A stretch of 64,000 nucleotides of DNA from positions 419,706 to 483,705 of the forward strand of contig NW_018408802.1 of assembly GCF_002113885.1 (NCBI RefSeq), given 5' to 3'. The DNA is from Mizuhopecten yessoensis. Its lineage: Eukaryota. The translations under genes and the position numbers were made by a program. This document shows positions 1-14,500 of the stretch, piece by piece. The first letter of the stretch is position 1, and each line of letters starts with the position of its first letter. The notes under the pieces were generated by a model that ran no database searches, was not told where the DNA came from, and saw only the letters and a program-made list of their open reading frames with translations.

Positions 1-1871
1 GGACACAATATCAAAAAAAAAAAAACGTTTTATGCACGCATTTTGTAACAACCACTTAATCATGTTTATGTACGTTAACTAGTGTATCCTTCTTGTTTAA
101 AAAAAAAATCAGAAACAAGAATGAGATAGTCTCCAATGTCACACAGCAAACGTTTATAAATATTAATTTCGTTAAAGTTTTCAATACATAACCATTTCCC
201 ATTTACCAAAATAACAATTGTAATGAAACATAAATAAAAATGTATATAAATAAAACCAGTTTCTTTTTGAACGCATAAAACTATTAAATATTCATCCAAA
301 AAGATACCTTTACGCTTTTTTCAAAGACACAGAAAGAAAATTTTGAAATATCTAGTTTCATTACTGATATTGAGAGTAAATATATTTAGAAAACATATAA
401 ACTACTTTATATATGATAGATATATATATGTGTGTGTTTACTGGGCATGAATGATATTATACAAACATAGTTTCAATTACAGTGAGGGAGGGTTAAATGT
501 CCTGGGATTCGGACGTCCTCCTCCCTATATAGAAACAAGAGTATAAGAGAGAAGATAATGAAAAGAAGGGAATTCAGATTTCTAAACAATCGTTGGTTGA
601 GAAAAACATCTATATAATACCATCAATATGTAACCGGAAATTCATAGGATACCTTTAAAATTTAGTTTCTTTATCTCTTTCGAAATGTTAGATCCATCCC
701 GATTATGATTACCTCTGCTGCCTCTAATCCCACAGGTGTGTGAATGGTTTGAAGGTTGTCATCGCCGAGACTCATGAAGTAGCAGCTGGAGTGAGTCCGT
801 CCAACTAGATAATGCTTGTAAGAGGAAATACGGTAACGTGATCAGTATATTATACAACTGGTGGGAAATTATTTATAGAAAAGAGATGAAATACTCCATA
901 CAAATTACTGTTAAAAAACAGAAAGAACATGAACTTTATAAAGTGGTTGAAGATATTTCACCCGAGTTAATTCAGAGCGACTAAGTGCTTTTTACAACAT
1001 TCAAAGTCGGGAGGTAAGTTGTAAAGAGGATACTCCGTTGTTCCCAGTGACTTGAGGCAAATAGTGTCACTGTATTTCTACTCAGAGAATATATTACTTT
1101 TTCCTTATAATTGCGTCTTCCTCAAAAAGAGATGTTTCGAAATGAAAAAAAAGTAGAATAGATGTGATCTAAAAACTGCAACAGTCAACAGCGGTGGTTA
1201 GGTCGAATGAAAAACACGTAGTCATTCTACAATTATACAAAAGTGTGTTCTGCAGCAGTTTGATATCGCAAAGACTAGAAAGGAAATGTGCGTACATGTT
1301 CTCCGCACACTGTGGTCCTGAAAACTCCGTCCAATAACGGGTATAAAAATGGAAGCTAATGGTGAAATGAATTCTCGCCTTTGATTTTAAACTGTCTAGC
1401 AACATTTTATAACTATGACTTTTGTCGACACGCCAAGGTGACGAACCACCTTCAGAGAGGGCGTAGTCCATTAAAACAAATGATCGTAAATTGCACACTA
1501 CCAAAGCAAATAGTGTAAAAAAGGGGAATTTTGGCGGTTTCGTTAAGCTTGCTCTTTCACCTTGGGTAAATTAACACGACGATATCCGCAAGCAAATATT
1601 TATGGATAATATAGCTTATAAATACTGTATGCCGGGAAATTTTCGCTGCAGTTTAATTTTCCGTAATAAGGGAATTTATCATTACATTTGTTAACAGCAT
1701 AATGGACATAGTAATTAAATGCGAAGGGCTAATTTGATACTGGGCGAAGATGGATTTCAACGTCGAACGGCGAAAATGTCCTGGTATACAGTATATAGAA
1801 TATCATAAACAACAGATTCATTTCCAACGCGAAGATTTCTACGCCGCCGACAGTTTTAAAGAGTTTTTGGA

Positions 1872-2197
1872 GGCACTGCAGTGTAGTGGTAGGACGCCGG
1901 ACTCGTGACCGAAGGGTTGCGGGTTCGAGGCACGGCACGTCACTGTGTTGTATCTGTTCCATTCTACTCTGTAAATGAGTACGCGTTTGTGCAGTACTGG
2001 AATTGAAGAATGCTAGCTGTGAGCGCCGAAATGGCAGTACCGGCTGCATGCTCCCATGGGAGTTGAGAAAGATATTGGCTGGTTGCAAAGACCCTATAAC
2101 TACAGATAATAATTTGTGAACCGCTTTGAGACGACATACGAACTAGGTTGTGATAAAGCGGTATATAAGAACCTCGATTTATTATTATTATTATTAT
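1872..2197 (+). mobile_element. tRNA-derived SINE (CORE/L2-tailed type)
   Basis: A-box-like GTGTAGTGGTAG, B-box GGTTCGAGGC, CORE-like TGTAAATGAGTAC, 3' GCTTTGAG...AAGCGGTATATAAG and (ATT)n tail. Confidence 0.75.
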
Positions 2198-5100
2198 AAG
2201 AGCTCAACGGAAAGATTTCAACAGTATGAAACAAATTTTATGGAAACCAATTCATGTTCATCATGTACACTTGTTCACTTTTTTTAGTATCTAGTCAATA
2301 CATGTAGTATTCGCAGTGTCTCTTTTCCACGCATTTACATTCAACATACGATTGCTCGTAGAGAGCGCCACTGTCGTGTAGGAAGACATGCACCTATGCA
2401 TTTAAATGTTTTATATTGTGTTGAAAACTAACACAAATATAAGTATTTTCGTGACATAACTTGTGTTCAAAACTTAATACCGCTTTGCGAATGTTAATTT
2501 GTATTGTTAAATTTTGTTGGGAATCAATAGGTATAGTCAGAAAGAGTTTCCCGATAATGTCTGGGACATTTTGAGGCTATAGTTGTTACCAGTCCAACAC
2601 CTTGGGGAGGTTTGTTAATTGACTTACCGACGTCGGGTCGTAATAGAACATAACTGATGAGTGCTCAGGACGATCATGGTGTCCGAAAATCTGAAGTTAG
2701 GGTAAACAAATTTAGTCTGTGAACATTAAAATAGCGTGAATAAAAATGGAAAGTTTTAACATAACTACAGAACTATGTTATATAACACAGTTTGATGATA
2801 ATACTTATCATTTGATAGTGTAATAACGCTGGTTTGTAGACAACTCCGAATATATAAATATTTGAGTATTTCGTCTTATTACCAAACAGTCAATCATTAT
2901 ACATCTGTACATTGGATTCCCTCTTTTTTCAAAGGGTTTTCTAATTGTGTAGTCAGTTTAATGTGAGAAATATCACTAACACAATAGAAAGATATCAACT
3001 TTATTTTCAGCAGAAAACTCTATAAAGAAGTAACAACTGGCTGAACCTTGTACATATGTAATATAAATCAATTATAAAAGTTTGTTAAAAATAGGTAAAT
3101 TATATTAATTTCTTAAGAAAATCTGCATGTTCAAAGAAAAGTTTGAGTTTGGAGATTAAAAAGAGTTGCCAAATAACTATAAAAGACATATATTATGCTA
3201 TTTATAAACCATAAATCATAAATTATCCGAGACTGCGAGATGGAATGGTACTGGACGTCCAACTAACATATGTACTTTCTGTGACAGCGAATGAACAGGA
3301 GACAAGTTACATTATTTACAAGAATGTCGGGTACTATCCGACTACAGGAAGTATATTCAAGTAATTTATACCGTTCTCTGAAAAATGTTTGTGTCTTCAT
3401 AAAATTATTTTTTTCAAAAGGATCTGTCCTCCTTAAATCATTTGTGTGTATATTGGGTGGGATTACTTATGTATTTTATGTCTTTATTGCTTAATGAACA
3501 CATAATATCTCCGTAAATAAATTGAAAATATGTTTTCCCTTTGCCCTGCTTTTTGAAAAGAGAACAACATGTAATTGTTGCTATGTCTATTAAGCTTTAG
3601 GTTATGTGGGGAAAATCTGTTTTAACATTAACAATAAAAGCTATAAATGTAACTATTTTAAACTAGTATGCGAGCTAAATCAAGTCCGAATTAATACCCT
3701 TTTTTTCCCTGTTGAAAACATATATTGACCAAAGGAACTTTGAACAGTGGCTGATAATATCGTCAATTTTAAATAATTGGTAAAAATGCGTTTATCTTAA
3801 AACAATACCTGAGCAGACACACAGGCGACGAAAGCTAACAGGCAGGCGTGTTTCAACATGTTGGCCTTCTTTATAATTGACTAGGAGAGTGTGAGGACCG
3901 AGTGTGTACTCTCCTAGGGTCACGGAACACCTTTGCTATATACAAGAAGTCACTGGATAGTGGTGTGTCCTATCTACACTGTACAATGAACTATATATAT
4001 AGCATAGTTTTACTTTTTAAACGGCTATTCTCACTTAAGTTGGACTATCAGCAAGTTCAAGTCATTATTCGGTCCGGGGCCCATATCAATAAACCATTCT
4101 CATGCTCAAACTCTGAGAATGTGTCGTTTTCTAATCTTATTCTAATGGATAAATAAACAAAAAGGCAATTTTTGTCAGCGAATTGGGAATATTTTAATTT
4201 GGTAATGTCGTTTTCTATATTTAATCTTGACATCTTTCTCATTTTACACTATTTAAGCCAATTCCAAGAAAATTGGTTTGAACACAGAATCCATGCTTGA
4301 GCCTGAGTATATGTCCATGAATACGCTCCCTGACTCAACAAGAGACAACAGAAATATCACTCTTATAATTGTATTTCTGAGATGAAACAACAACTTTTAC
4401 AAATTGAATTCGGCTCATATTTATTAAATTTACAATATTTATTATGCCTGTTTCGTGACGAGAATTAGTGAACATAGTAAAATGTAACTTACCCTTTTTT
4501 CGGTCTTGTGTCAAGAGCCGAATATTCTTTATCATTTTATCATTAATAGGTTATAGCAAGAAACATTAAATTATGTAATATTTATTTATATAACTAACAG
4601 TGATAGAAGAAAACAAATATCAATTAAATATGCTTAGCTTAGCTGTTAGGTTTTAGAACTATTCATAGCTGGGGTTAATAGTATAAGGGACTCGGGCATC
4701 AAGGTCGGTAGCAGATATGAGAGTGTAAGGTTGGGAAGGTTTGGTACGAACATGTCATCGAGACAGCGAATGGTGGGAGCGAACAGATTTCGTGTGTGGA
4801 AGGTTATATCCGAACATTTCGGCGGGGGGTGGGGTGGTTCTTTAGAGGTAAGGACGAACAGATCAGGGGTGGGGGTTTAGAATCGGACACTTCGGGAGGG
4901 ACGGANNNNNNNNNNNNNNGTTAAGGGGGGAGGGTGTCTCCTTAATGCCAGAGGTGTCCTATTGGGGACAAATCAGGACGGTAAAGTCCAGTAATTTTAA
5001 CGCAAAAATTGCCAAAATATTGGGAATTAATCATATCAAATTAATTCCAGTTATCTTAAGAGGACCGTTATTCTAGTCGAAAGTCTCAGAATTGGTATGG

Positions 5101-5759
5101 GAGTTACCTCCCTTGGACCTTTTCGTCTACTTTGCTCCTTTAGAAATCTTCAGCTTTGGAGATAGGAACTAGTAGCCATACATTTAAAGCAAAGGATTAG
5201 ATTGTTCATAATTTACAGTTTACTTTTCCAAATCCCACCCTTCCCATCCAATCACATTTATTTTTGATCCTGTCAAGTTTGGTTTCCAGTTTCTGCTGTT
5301 TTTTGTGTTCTTTTAGTTTAAATCAATTTTATTGCAACAAAAGACAAATGGATTGGACAAAAGTTATTGCAACTTACTTACGTCCTTTCCGTAACAGAAA
5401 ATATATATACAAAATTAATGTGTCACGAAATAACCTAATACAAATTTATATATATGTATATATATATACAAGATGTTAAAGATGGGTTACAGCAAAAGAG
5501 GTAATGATAGGATTAGGGCCACCAACGTATAGTTTTTAAATATGTATTCGGAGAGTTTACTTGAGATCGCGTGTGTGATTTTCCCAATCGAGTCGGCGTA
5601 ATTAGTATAACTAATCTATACACACATATCCTTCTGCTTTTCTAAAGTTCAATCACATCCCGTGCCGCATTTGCCTTTCCTGTGTCACTCCAAGTCCTTC
5701 TGTGAATTCCTGCCTTACATACTTAGCCGACTAGATTAGGAAAACCGAACACGCACTCT

Positions 5760-7015
5760 TTGTCATATGGAAACGGTTATGATATTGATGGACGCTAAGA
5801 TTGAAGTTAGTACACAGAGATCGTTGGTGTTGGAAAAAGGGAGAGGGGCTGGAATAAGAGAGGAGGTGGAGGGGAGAGACAGATGGGAATAGTCGAAGTA
5901 GGTACCTGGTTATTCAATAAGACTGTTGGGTATTACATGTTCAACCGTTTGGAGCTAAAAATGAACAGTTGTACAGACCTACAAATTTGAATGTTTAGAT
6001 TGTAGTCAAGGTTTGCATCTCCGAAGAGAAGGTGTTCAACAGTGATTTCGTTATACCAATCGAGGGATTGNNNNNNNNNNNNNNNNNNNNNNNNNNNNNN
6101 NNNNNNNNNNNNNNNNNNNNNNNNNNNNNNNNNNNNNNNNNNNNNNNNNNNNNNNNNNNNNNNNNNNNNNNNNNNNNNNNNNNNNNNNNNNNNNNNNNNN
6201 NNNNNNNNNNNNNNNNNNNNNNNNNNNNNNNNNNNNNNNNNNNNNNNNNNNNNNNNNNNNNNNNNNNNNNNNNNNNNNNNNNNNNNNNNNNNNNNNNNNN
6301 NNNNNNNNNNNNNNNNNNNNNNNNNNNNNNNNNNNNNNNNNGATGTATTTTAATTTCCTTAAAGTTGCAATGTACTTTGTAGTGTTTGTTAGTATATGTT
6401 CGATGTGAGAGTTCCATGTGCCGTTGTTACTAATAATGACTCCTAGGTGTTTGTGGTTTTTAACAATAGGGATAGGTGTGTTGTCGAAAAGAAATTGTGG
6501 GTTAGAAGGTATATTTGTGTTGGAAATTAAGAGAATTTCGGTTTTATTTGGGTTGAAATTCATTAACCATTTATTTGACCAAAGGTTTAATTGTTCCATG
6601 TCGTAGTGTATTACTTGTTTTATATCGTGTAATTTTTGGAAGAGTGTGCTAATGCGGTGTCGTCAGCAAAAAAAAGTCTAGTCATTGATAGTAATGTCTT
6701 TGAAATATCGTTGATGTATACCAGAAAAAGAAGTGGCCCTAACACTGAACCTTGAGGAACTCCGGCTTTGATAGATACTTCAGAAGTTATAGCATTTTTT
6801 AGTACCAAATCAATGACTGGGGTCTGTTACTTAATTAGTTTTTAATCCAATCTAAAAGTTTGCCTTTTATCCCGTATTTTTCTAATTTAATTAATAGACC
6901 TTTGTGCCAGACTCGGTCGAAAGCTTTAAGTTGGTGAGTTGTAGAGTGATTTGGTAAGAAGCCAGACTGTAAAGTATATAGAAGTTTGTTGTTGAATAGA
7001 TAGTTATAGATGTTG
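5760..7015 (-). mobile_element. Decayed LINE (CR1/L2-like) reverse transcriptase fragment
   Basis: Minus-strand peptides [49 protein letters not shown] and KHLGV; frameshifted and interrupted by an N gap. Confidence 0.9.
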
Positions 7016-7445
7016 TTTTTCTGATTATATGTTTCAGTCGGAGACTATGACAACCCGTTCTCGCTTCGTCATGGCTTCATCTACCTAGACCTAATGCAGG
7101 GCAGGGTTTCACTAAGGACAACAGAATGCGGTCTCTCTCAATTTGATTTTGAATATACGAAACAGCTTTTATTATTGGAATTTTCTGTTCCCAGTTTTCA
7201 TTTAATTCTAGCTGTTGAAGCCATGGCCAATACTAGCCAATTTATAGAAATTTACATTAACTTCATTTCATTGTGTTTGTCTTCTAACTGATAATGACAT
7301 ACATAATGTAATTGCAAATTTCGTCCCAATTTCCTGTGTTGACAGATCCTTTGTGTTTTCCTAATATTCCCATGTGTGCCGTAGCATATAAATAGCATAT
7401 ATCCGTGAATCTTATTCTCCCTTTACACAATATAAGTCGGATAGC

Positions 7446-7752
7446 ACTGTGGAGAGCTCACTCACCTTTCACCAAGACAACCGGGCAACTTCGGTTTCCC
7501 GATCGGACGTGAACAGGTTTAGGATCGTCTCCCCAACTGCGTGGGTTTACGCTTGGGAACGTACTTTAGTGTTCAATTAAGGGAAACATTTGTTTCCGCC
7601 CCTACAGAATCAGGGTTGGTTTCTTCCCTGTCTTCTATCTGGCTGGATCTTACGCAATATAGTTTTATGTTTAAATTTCTCAGATACCTGTTTAATGTTT
7701 GTATTAACATGTGACACTTAAATAAAATAAATTATTGATTGATTGATTGATC
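7446..7752 (+). mobile_element. SINE remnant
   Basis: CACTCACCTTTCACC head shared with the SINE at 50060, CGTGGGTTT motif, AATAAA and (ATTG)n tail. Confidence 0.55.
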
Positions 7753-8204
7753 TATCTGGCGACATCTGGCAATCAATAAAAGACTTGATGTACCCCACTA
7801 CATGTGTATAGTAAAAGGCGACTAATGTGGGCCCCCCTGCAGAATCAGGTGTTCTCTTCATTGTCTCCTACAAAGGGGATATGGATGATATCAAAATTAA
7901 TCTACTGTCCCCATTACAATATTCGGGATCTTTTTCATTTCTTGTATTTCCTTTTTTTTGTATCCTTTCTGTCTACATTTTGTTTCAGGGGCTGTCTTTC
8001 TTGGCACCTTTCCTCATATGACAATGGATGTTGCGAGAACGTTACAGACAAAACGAAACCTTCGTTTCCGACGGGCTTCGGGAGGTTTAGTAAGTCTAAC
8101 GTTTTTGGATGGTCTAATGTCGACACGAAACACGGTAACCCATTGCAGATTTTGGGATTTTCTTTTGAGTCCTCTTCTTGGGGACACTAAAGCGATCAAA
8201 ATAA

Positions 8205-8625
8205 ATCGGCTTCACCCATTTCCTAGCGGTTTGTTGAGCGTTCGCCGTGGTGAGGAAGCAATGGGTTTTGTCCCCAGGCCGGGACATACCAAAGTCCTTT
8301 AAAATGGTAGTTGTTATACCCTGTTTAACGTTTATCATTTTGGGTAATGGTGACAGCAGGTTCATCCGTTGTCAGTATAATGTGACCGGACGGAATGATG
8401 TGCTGCGTGTATTTGGCAAGGTATTTCAGTGCGATAGCACTAGAAAGTTGGCATCAGATACGCGCTATCACAAGGAGGCAATTACACCAACATATACGTA
8501 TACCCTGTCTCCGGCAAACGGACACACAAGCACGCATACACAACATATACAAGGAGGCACGTCCTAATGTGACATTAACTGTTGATAGGACGCTAAACAC
8601 TATAAAACCAACCAACCAACTCATA
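8205..8625 (+). mobile_element. SINE remnant
   Basis: Degenerate tRNA head, central GTCAGTATAATGTGAC...TTCAGTGCGATAGCACTA block, 3' CTGTTGATAGGACGCTAAAC and (AACC)n tail. Confidence 0.6.
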
Positions 8626-9527
8626 TCTGGATCATAACCATTCGTCCTTTCTTTCTCTTCTTACACAGTTGCGACGTTGCTTAAAAGGATCGTGGTGGTT
8701 TTTCCTCCACTACAAAATAATATCTGTTTTTTTCTCAAATTACTATAGGACATAAAACACACCCAAACGTTGCTTTGAACAGATAACTTATGCACGTTTG
8801 AGCGACAGGGTAATCGGCGAATTACGAACAACACCGATATCCATTCAGACATACGTACGGCCACACGGCAGACATTCATACAATACATATTGGTATATAT
8901 ACTCCCTTCAAGTCAACTTATAGACGTAGAAAGCAATTCTGCGACCAACTCTTAGCAAAACATACAGTGTACTAAGAAATTGCCAAAATATTGGTGGTCG
9001 GGTGGCGAGTGTTTATCTTATGCATTTGCATTATCTGAAAGTGAATTTAAGCTATCCAAAAATAAAATATTTCCGATTCAAGTCATCAGTCAGCAAGACT
9101 ACATTATTGTGTATTTTATCTTTCAAACAACATGGTGTTTTCGTTGTTGACGGATCAGTTAGCATCTATGATGATTTTTTTCTCTATTTTTAACAATTTA
9201 ATTTAATTCTCATTATCAGTTTGTCGCTATAAAACAGGGTCCGGATCTTTGGATATTTCCCGTTTCAAATATTATAGACCTGTCCGATGTTTCCGGCGTA
9301 AACATGACTGCTTGCGCGATTTGTTGCACCGGGTATTAAAACTCTAAAACTCAGCACATCAGCTTGGATTTAAGACAACAGAAAGGTATATCAATAATAG
9401 TTTGCAATATTTGAAAAATCACTTCTTTGTTAGTTTCGTCATGATTGAAATTTCCGATAAATGTCAACACTGACTCGGTCACTTGGCACAGGTACTAGCC
9501 TGTGCAAATTCAGTTAAGCCTTACCTT

Positions 9528-9959
9528 AGCCCGAGTTTCCTCTGGACACCTGGACACCAGACTTAGACATCTGGACAGGTAGGTGTCTGGTGACCAGACA
9601 TCGTTATGCCAAAATGTCTAACTCTGGTGTTAGGCCCAGAGGAAACTCGGGCTACCCGATCGCGAGATTCAAGTTTATCTGTCAAAATGTCTAAGTCTGT
9701 CTGGTGTCAGGGCCAGAGGAAACTTAGGCCAGCCACAGGGGCATTGATCGCTTTACTTGTAATATTAAAAAATAGGGGGCTCCTATACTATTAGTATAGA
9801 CCCCTATTTTTTAATATTACAAGTAAAGTGATCCAGCCTTAATTACCTAACCACATACAACTACCTATCACAGGTACTAGCCTCGTATGCCTGTCAATAC
9901 ACCTATACTATACTTGATTATATTATATAATGGGTGTATTGACAGACGAGGCTAGTACC
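9528..9959. repeat. Cluster of three short palindromic/MITE-like hairpins
   Basis: Inverted arms at about 9528-9654 (AGCCCGAGTTTCCTCTGG/CCAGAGGAAACTCGGGCT), 9747-9833 (near-perfect 33-bp arms) and 9874-9959. Confidence 0.75.
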
Positions 9960-10519
9960 AGCTGTGTTCATAGATAATGTACCTACAAAGCTCTTGGCCG
10001 TTCGATATATTGGTTGAGTGAAAAGATCATAATTAGCTAATGAGAGTTTACTGGTTAGGTACTTTAGGCTGTACTTTAGGATTGCGACAGTTGATGGCAT
10101 GAATGAACTATTCATTGCAAAGTTAATAGGATAATGATTGAATTGATAACACAGTTTTTCACAACTGAAACCTCACTGAGAATTTGCTAAGAGGGACAAA
10201 TCCCTCTGAGGAAGGGTGTCCAGAGACTGGCATTATCTGTTGGTCTTTGTATGAAGCTGTCATTTCCTGAACAAGGGACAGCTCTATATGGTATCTTACC
10301 TGCAGATGCCTATTATGTACTGATTTACCTGTATACCTTAAGCTTCTGGACAGACATTGAGCTTGGTTAATTGACATGGGAGTTCTTTTTCTATACAAGA
10401 TGAATAATGATTGGAACACTGGCTGAATATTGTTCATCAATTATCGAATTCCCAGATGAATATATGTATATAGTGAATGTGTGAATTACCTTTCTTATTC
10501 TCAGGCAGGTATCACATTT

Positions 10520-10665
10520 GTAACAGAGGTCATTATTTGTTCAATGCCTCCGCCACGAGTCGAAACTCACCAGGGACCACGTTTACAAATGTCTGATGCT
10601 CTACTAAATGAGCTAAAAAGAAAATCCCCTTTGTCGAGTTGGTGTGAATCGAATTGGCTAGGTTT
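10520..10665 (-). mobile_element. Degenerate tRNA-like repeat
   Basis: Minus strand reads TAGCTCATTTAGTAGAGCATCAGAC...GTTTCGACTC (A/B-box like); no proper cloverleaf. Confidence 0.5.
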
Positions 10666-11403
10666 TTTTTACCTTTTTTACATTGAAAAACATATCTGTC
10701 AGAGCAGAGGTTGGTAATATTATACTATCAACCATCTTCTAGATCTATACTGCTGACATTACATGAATATACCAAAAACTGTCATTTATGTTAAAATAAT
10801 TTTATTACAACTTGAAACTATCCTTAGATTCAAATGTTGAAACTTGTTTTTATTTGATGGTTATACAATGTAAATGGTTTATAATCATTAAATCAAACAG
10901 CCCTTAACCTGCAGGTGCACAATGTACAATGTATGTGCCCACCATGATGAAGTTTGCCATTATAATTAACAAAAGGCAAGTCATCTTCACATTGGCTGCT
11001 GTATACATGTACCTGCTCATTGGATTACCTTTTTTCATATGCAATAAAAACCAAGTAATAAAATGTATATTTAAACACAACTATGTCCCCTTGAAATAAC
11101 ACATGAGATGCATTGACATGAGATTACAAATGCATTAATTTTCTGAAATCTCCGAAGATAGTGTACACTTGATTTTATGTGTATATATCCATGCAGTCAA
11201 TTTGTTAGGCAATTAAAAACAAAATGTTTGATTCCATCTTATTGATGTATGCAAACAAGTTTCGCTATTTTTTTCACTATTCCTATACCACTAATGTGGT
11301 AGTGAACTGGAGTTTGATACAATGTGTTGTCTAGGCTACCGTCACTATAAAGTGATAATTGTATGGTGACATTGTTTTACAGCTGTAATATACCACTGCC
11401 AGG

Positions 11404-11505
11404 ATGGTATCCTCTGAAGATGAGGAAAATGAAAAAAGACAACAAGCAAATGATATTCTGTACAAAATCACAACATTTATGGATAGATATGTGCGAGAGG
11501 CTAAG
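11404..11505 (+). CDS. C3orf33: C3orf33 coding exon 1
   Basis: Acceptor TTTTACAG at 11382, ATG at 11404, MVSSEDEENEK...YVREAK, donor GTAGGT. Confidence 0.7.
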
Positions 11506-14500
11506 GTAGGTATTTTGCATATTAAAAAGATTCACAAAAATAGAATAATATTTGTTAATTTGCTAATAAAGTGTTTAATTTAGGTAAAGGTTATGTTCAC
11601 AATTTGTTAAGTCTAATTACAAATGTTGAGCTTTATAGCAACAGAAGTTAAAATAACAACAGATTTGGATGCATTTACCAACTGACTTACTTGGTTATCT
11701 CTATTCATATATGATTGACCAAGTTTATAGCAAACATATGGTATACTCTTTCTTCTTTCTCTGTACCAGTGGTCTCCTCTCTATATATAGACATGATCAT
11801 TATGTACTGATTCATTAGTTCATTTACAACTCAGTTTTCAGTATTTCATCACTGACAATTGTACAGAGTTTAAAAACGTACCTTTATAACTGTTGAGGAA
11901 AACAGTGGCAGAAAATTATTTCTGTACAACACATACACAAAGTCGACCAAGTCATTAATGTTCAATTCAATTCAATTTCACCTTTAGCTATATATCAAAA
12001 TTATGCTGTTTTTAGATAGCAATTATGATGTCATTGGTAAATACATGTGCCTTCTTGGGCTTCAGACTGTCAACTTTCCCTTTCTTGATAGTAATATACT
12101 TTTTCAGTGATTATTAATTGGTCAGTTTTACTTCCAAATACAATGTACATGTAAAAAATGCTGTATTTTCCCAAATGACCAAAAACTGAGGAATATATTC
12201 CCAATATCAATACAAATAATGGTATATTTTCCCAATTCATAAAGGTACAGGCTGTTGTGTAGGTAACAGAAACACAGCTTCTCCCCAATTATGTCACAGT
12301 TGATTTGGTATTCAAGAGCTTGCTTTGAATTTTGTGACTTCCGTGATAGTGGACGGCTGATGGACAAACTAATAACACAGGGTTTCCACAATTTAGTTGA
12401 AATCAGATCTCTCATTACACTACGTTACGTAGAATTAGATTGAGGGTTTCCAATTATGGATAAGATTTGTGATCGCATATTACATTCTCTTTCGGGAAGT
12501 TTGCTATTTCTTTGTTTTATATGAAGGTTGATGTGTTTAGTTTTGCTCATTAGTTTCACTTATTGCTTTGTTGTCACAGCCCTGGTTTTGGCTATACTTG
12601 GATTTGACCTAGATTTACATTGCAAGTGTCTTTGATGAGAAAGAGATGCCTACCTTTCTAGAACTACATGTCTTCTTGTCCTGGTCCTTTTTAGCTCACC
12701 TGGCCCGAATGACCAAGTGAGCTGATGGCATGGTGCGGCGTCCGTCGTCCGTCCGTCGTCAACTTGTAAGGTCACCTGAGACAAAGTCTCAAGTGACCTA
12801 TTAAATTGCGATCGCCTTTTGTCCAGCGTCGTCCGTCGGTCGTCCGTAAACAATTTACATTTTCGACTTCTTCTCCAAAACCCCTGAACCAATTTCAATG
12901 AAATTTTGCAGAAACCTTCCATGGCCAAAGGTCAATAAAAACAGTGGCCGATTTGGTCCCCAGGGGCCTGAGGGGCGGGGCCAAAAAGGGTCGAATTGAC
13001 TGAAATTTCAAAAATCTTCTTCTCAAGACCCAGATATGGTAGAATCAAACACTCTTCATAGATGGAAGGGTCTTAAATATAAGGTGCTCTACCAAAATTG
13101 TGAATTTAATGACCCTGGGGTCGCACGTTTCCCCCTGGGGAGGGAGTAAACTTTACTATAGTTTATATAGGGATACCACATTTTGGACTAACATTTGTTT
13201 AATTTCCATTGGAAGTAATTCAATTTAGGTTAGCATTATCAGTATTGGGTAGCAGTTTGATAGTATGCACATATGAGCCCTGACTGACCCCCAGGGGCTG
13301 ATGGGTGAGGCTAAAAGAAGTTATTATGGTTTATAATGGCAAATGATACTTTGAATATTACATGTTAATAACTTGATTGGAATTAAAACCCTGAGTTGAC
13401 AGTTTGATACTTTGAAACTTTTGAGCCAGCCCTACCCCAAGGGTAGATTTTGTTTGAGTATGTGTCATTAAAGAGAACTCATTTTGGTGATACTGCCTAG
13501 CTGACTAACATTGGTGTTTTTTCTCTAGACAATACTTGAGTGTATATGTAGTGGATGTTTTTAGTGGGATGAGTGCTACAGAGTTAGTGTTATAATAATT
13601 TATGGTGAGTCATCATCAATGATTTTCCAGTAATTCATTTAGCTCCACAGAAAAATGTCATTTTGGAAAATTAGACAAAATGAGTAGATTATGATTTCAC
13701 GTTAAAGATGTTTCCTACGTCTGTTTGGTTGTCTTTAAGCTCAAATAACTAGAATATAGGCATTAACATATTTTATACATTTATTCCAGTAAAGAATTTT
13801 AAATTTTTATTGTATCACAAAACCTCATCAGTTGTAGAGAAACTTCAGGATCAGTCCATTATATAGCAAGAATGCCCTAGCCACCAAAGCTTAAACCACA
13901 GAGTCATTTTCTATACACTTTTTACACAGTGGTTGGCCTATGGTGTTGGAACAGTTGGTTTGGTACTTGTGCTACGTGGAGTACATGCAGTAAGTGTTAT
14001 TCTTTATCTTCTCCGTCTTTACACCTGTTTGTTCATATTATTGCTACCTATAATAAAACCTGTCAAATTATTAACTGACCGAGTTTGTCTGGTCACACCA
14101 GATATTTCAGTTGATGACCAGATGACAATTATAACCAAATCTAGCTGGTCATTGTTTGACCAGATATTCAGCAACATTACTCAATATAACCACATCTAAA
14201 GTAAAAATTGCAGAAACAACTATTTTATGTCATGTTTTGGATATTTCTGTGCAAGACTAGAGAAATGTTTGTTGTTACATGGCAACAATATATAATGTTT
14301 TAACAGGCAAAGAGATACAATTTGTTTTCCCTTCTAATGGCATGGTGCGGCATTCGTCGTCAACTTTTGACTTTAAACAGCTTCTACTCAATTATCAAGA
14401 GGGCTAGGCTGATGCTATTTGGCCAGTAACATGCTGGGATGAAGTTCTACCTAGTTTGTTCAAATAAATGACCTTGACTCACTTTCAAGGTCACATGGGT

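Noticed and set aside
2645-2700. Hammerhead-ribozyme-like CTGATGA...GGAC...GTCCGAAA
   Set aside because: Stem II is mismatched or mis-spaced and I could not build stems I and III. At most a decayed remnant; an Infernal search with hammerhead models would settle it.
4690-4950. G-rich stretch as a regulatory G-quadruplex
   Set aside because: Low-complexity sequence next to an N gap with no nearby gene evidence; sequence quality is uncertain.
5995-6417. ORFs spanning the N run
   Set aside because: Artefacts of the assembly gap within a LINE fragment.
7804-8637. Cluster of short overlapping ORFs in a GC-richer patch
   Set aside because: No recognisable domain or splice structure, and it partly overlaps SINE sequence.
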